Positions 32,791 to 33,126 of a stretch of 33,126 nucleotides of DNA are shown piece by piece. The translations under genes and the position numbers were made by a program. Every line of letters starts with the position of its first letter. Position 1 is the stretch's first letter. Source of the DNA: Octopus sinensis (Eukaryota); the NCBI RefSeq assembly GCF_006345805.1, contig NW_021832099.1, forward strand, positions 1-33,126, in the 5' to 3' direction. The notes under the pieces are model-generated. The model had not been told where the DNA came from. It made no database searches and saw only the letters and a list, made by a program, of their open reading frames with translations.

Positions 32791-33126
32791 TTAGACCATC
32801 AACAACACGTATTACAATCGTTACTATTCATCGTTGTTCACAGTCCATTGACTTTACCTGGCAACCATTCATGTGAATCCTCAAGCCACCAAAAAACACC
32901 ATGGTTACAAGACTGAGCATGTTTTATGAATCCAGTACGTGACCTAATAGAGAAACCCCAATGGGGACGATGGTAGTTTGCAAGAAGTCTGTAGTTTTGT
33001 TGGTTTCTGTTCCTTTTTTCTTCTTAAACACTCTTGACGTAATATTGTTTGATTTTCAAAAGTTTGAAGATGGAAAAAGCCATTTCTCTTCCAGTTTACA
33101 CAGTTCTTAACAATATTCTTAATGTT

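Overview
Repeat-dominated, AT-rich eukaryotic non-coding DNA. It is most likely from an octopus or other cephalopod, inferred from the tRNA-derived SINE families and microsatellite load. No intact host gene, rRNA, tRNA or CRISPR array is supported, and nearly all ORFs in the track are microsatellite artefacts. Recognisable content: three tRNA-derived SINE families (here A, B, C; about 18 copies or fragments), two CR1-group LINE RT fragments, two Penelope-like (PLE) RT fossils, two mariner relics, one hAT transposase relic with a nested short element, a TIR element carrying (TTAGGG)3, and four long palindromes each followed by a one-sided tail. The most unusual item is a ~2-kb minus-strand unit (7218-9175). 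It has a near-complete type I hammerhead-ribozyme fold (9112-9057) just upstream of a frameshifted Gag/ORF1-like CCHC zinc-knuckle gene and no endonuclease or RT gene. Hammerhead-core-like motifs recur at several other short repeats, suggesting PLE-dependent, ribozyme-tagged non-autonomous elements. All protein-family calls are by-eye motif recognition, not database hits.
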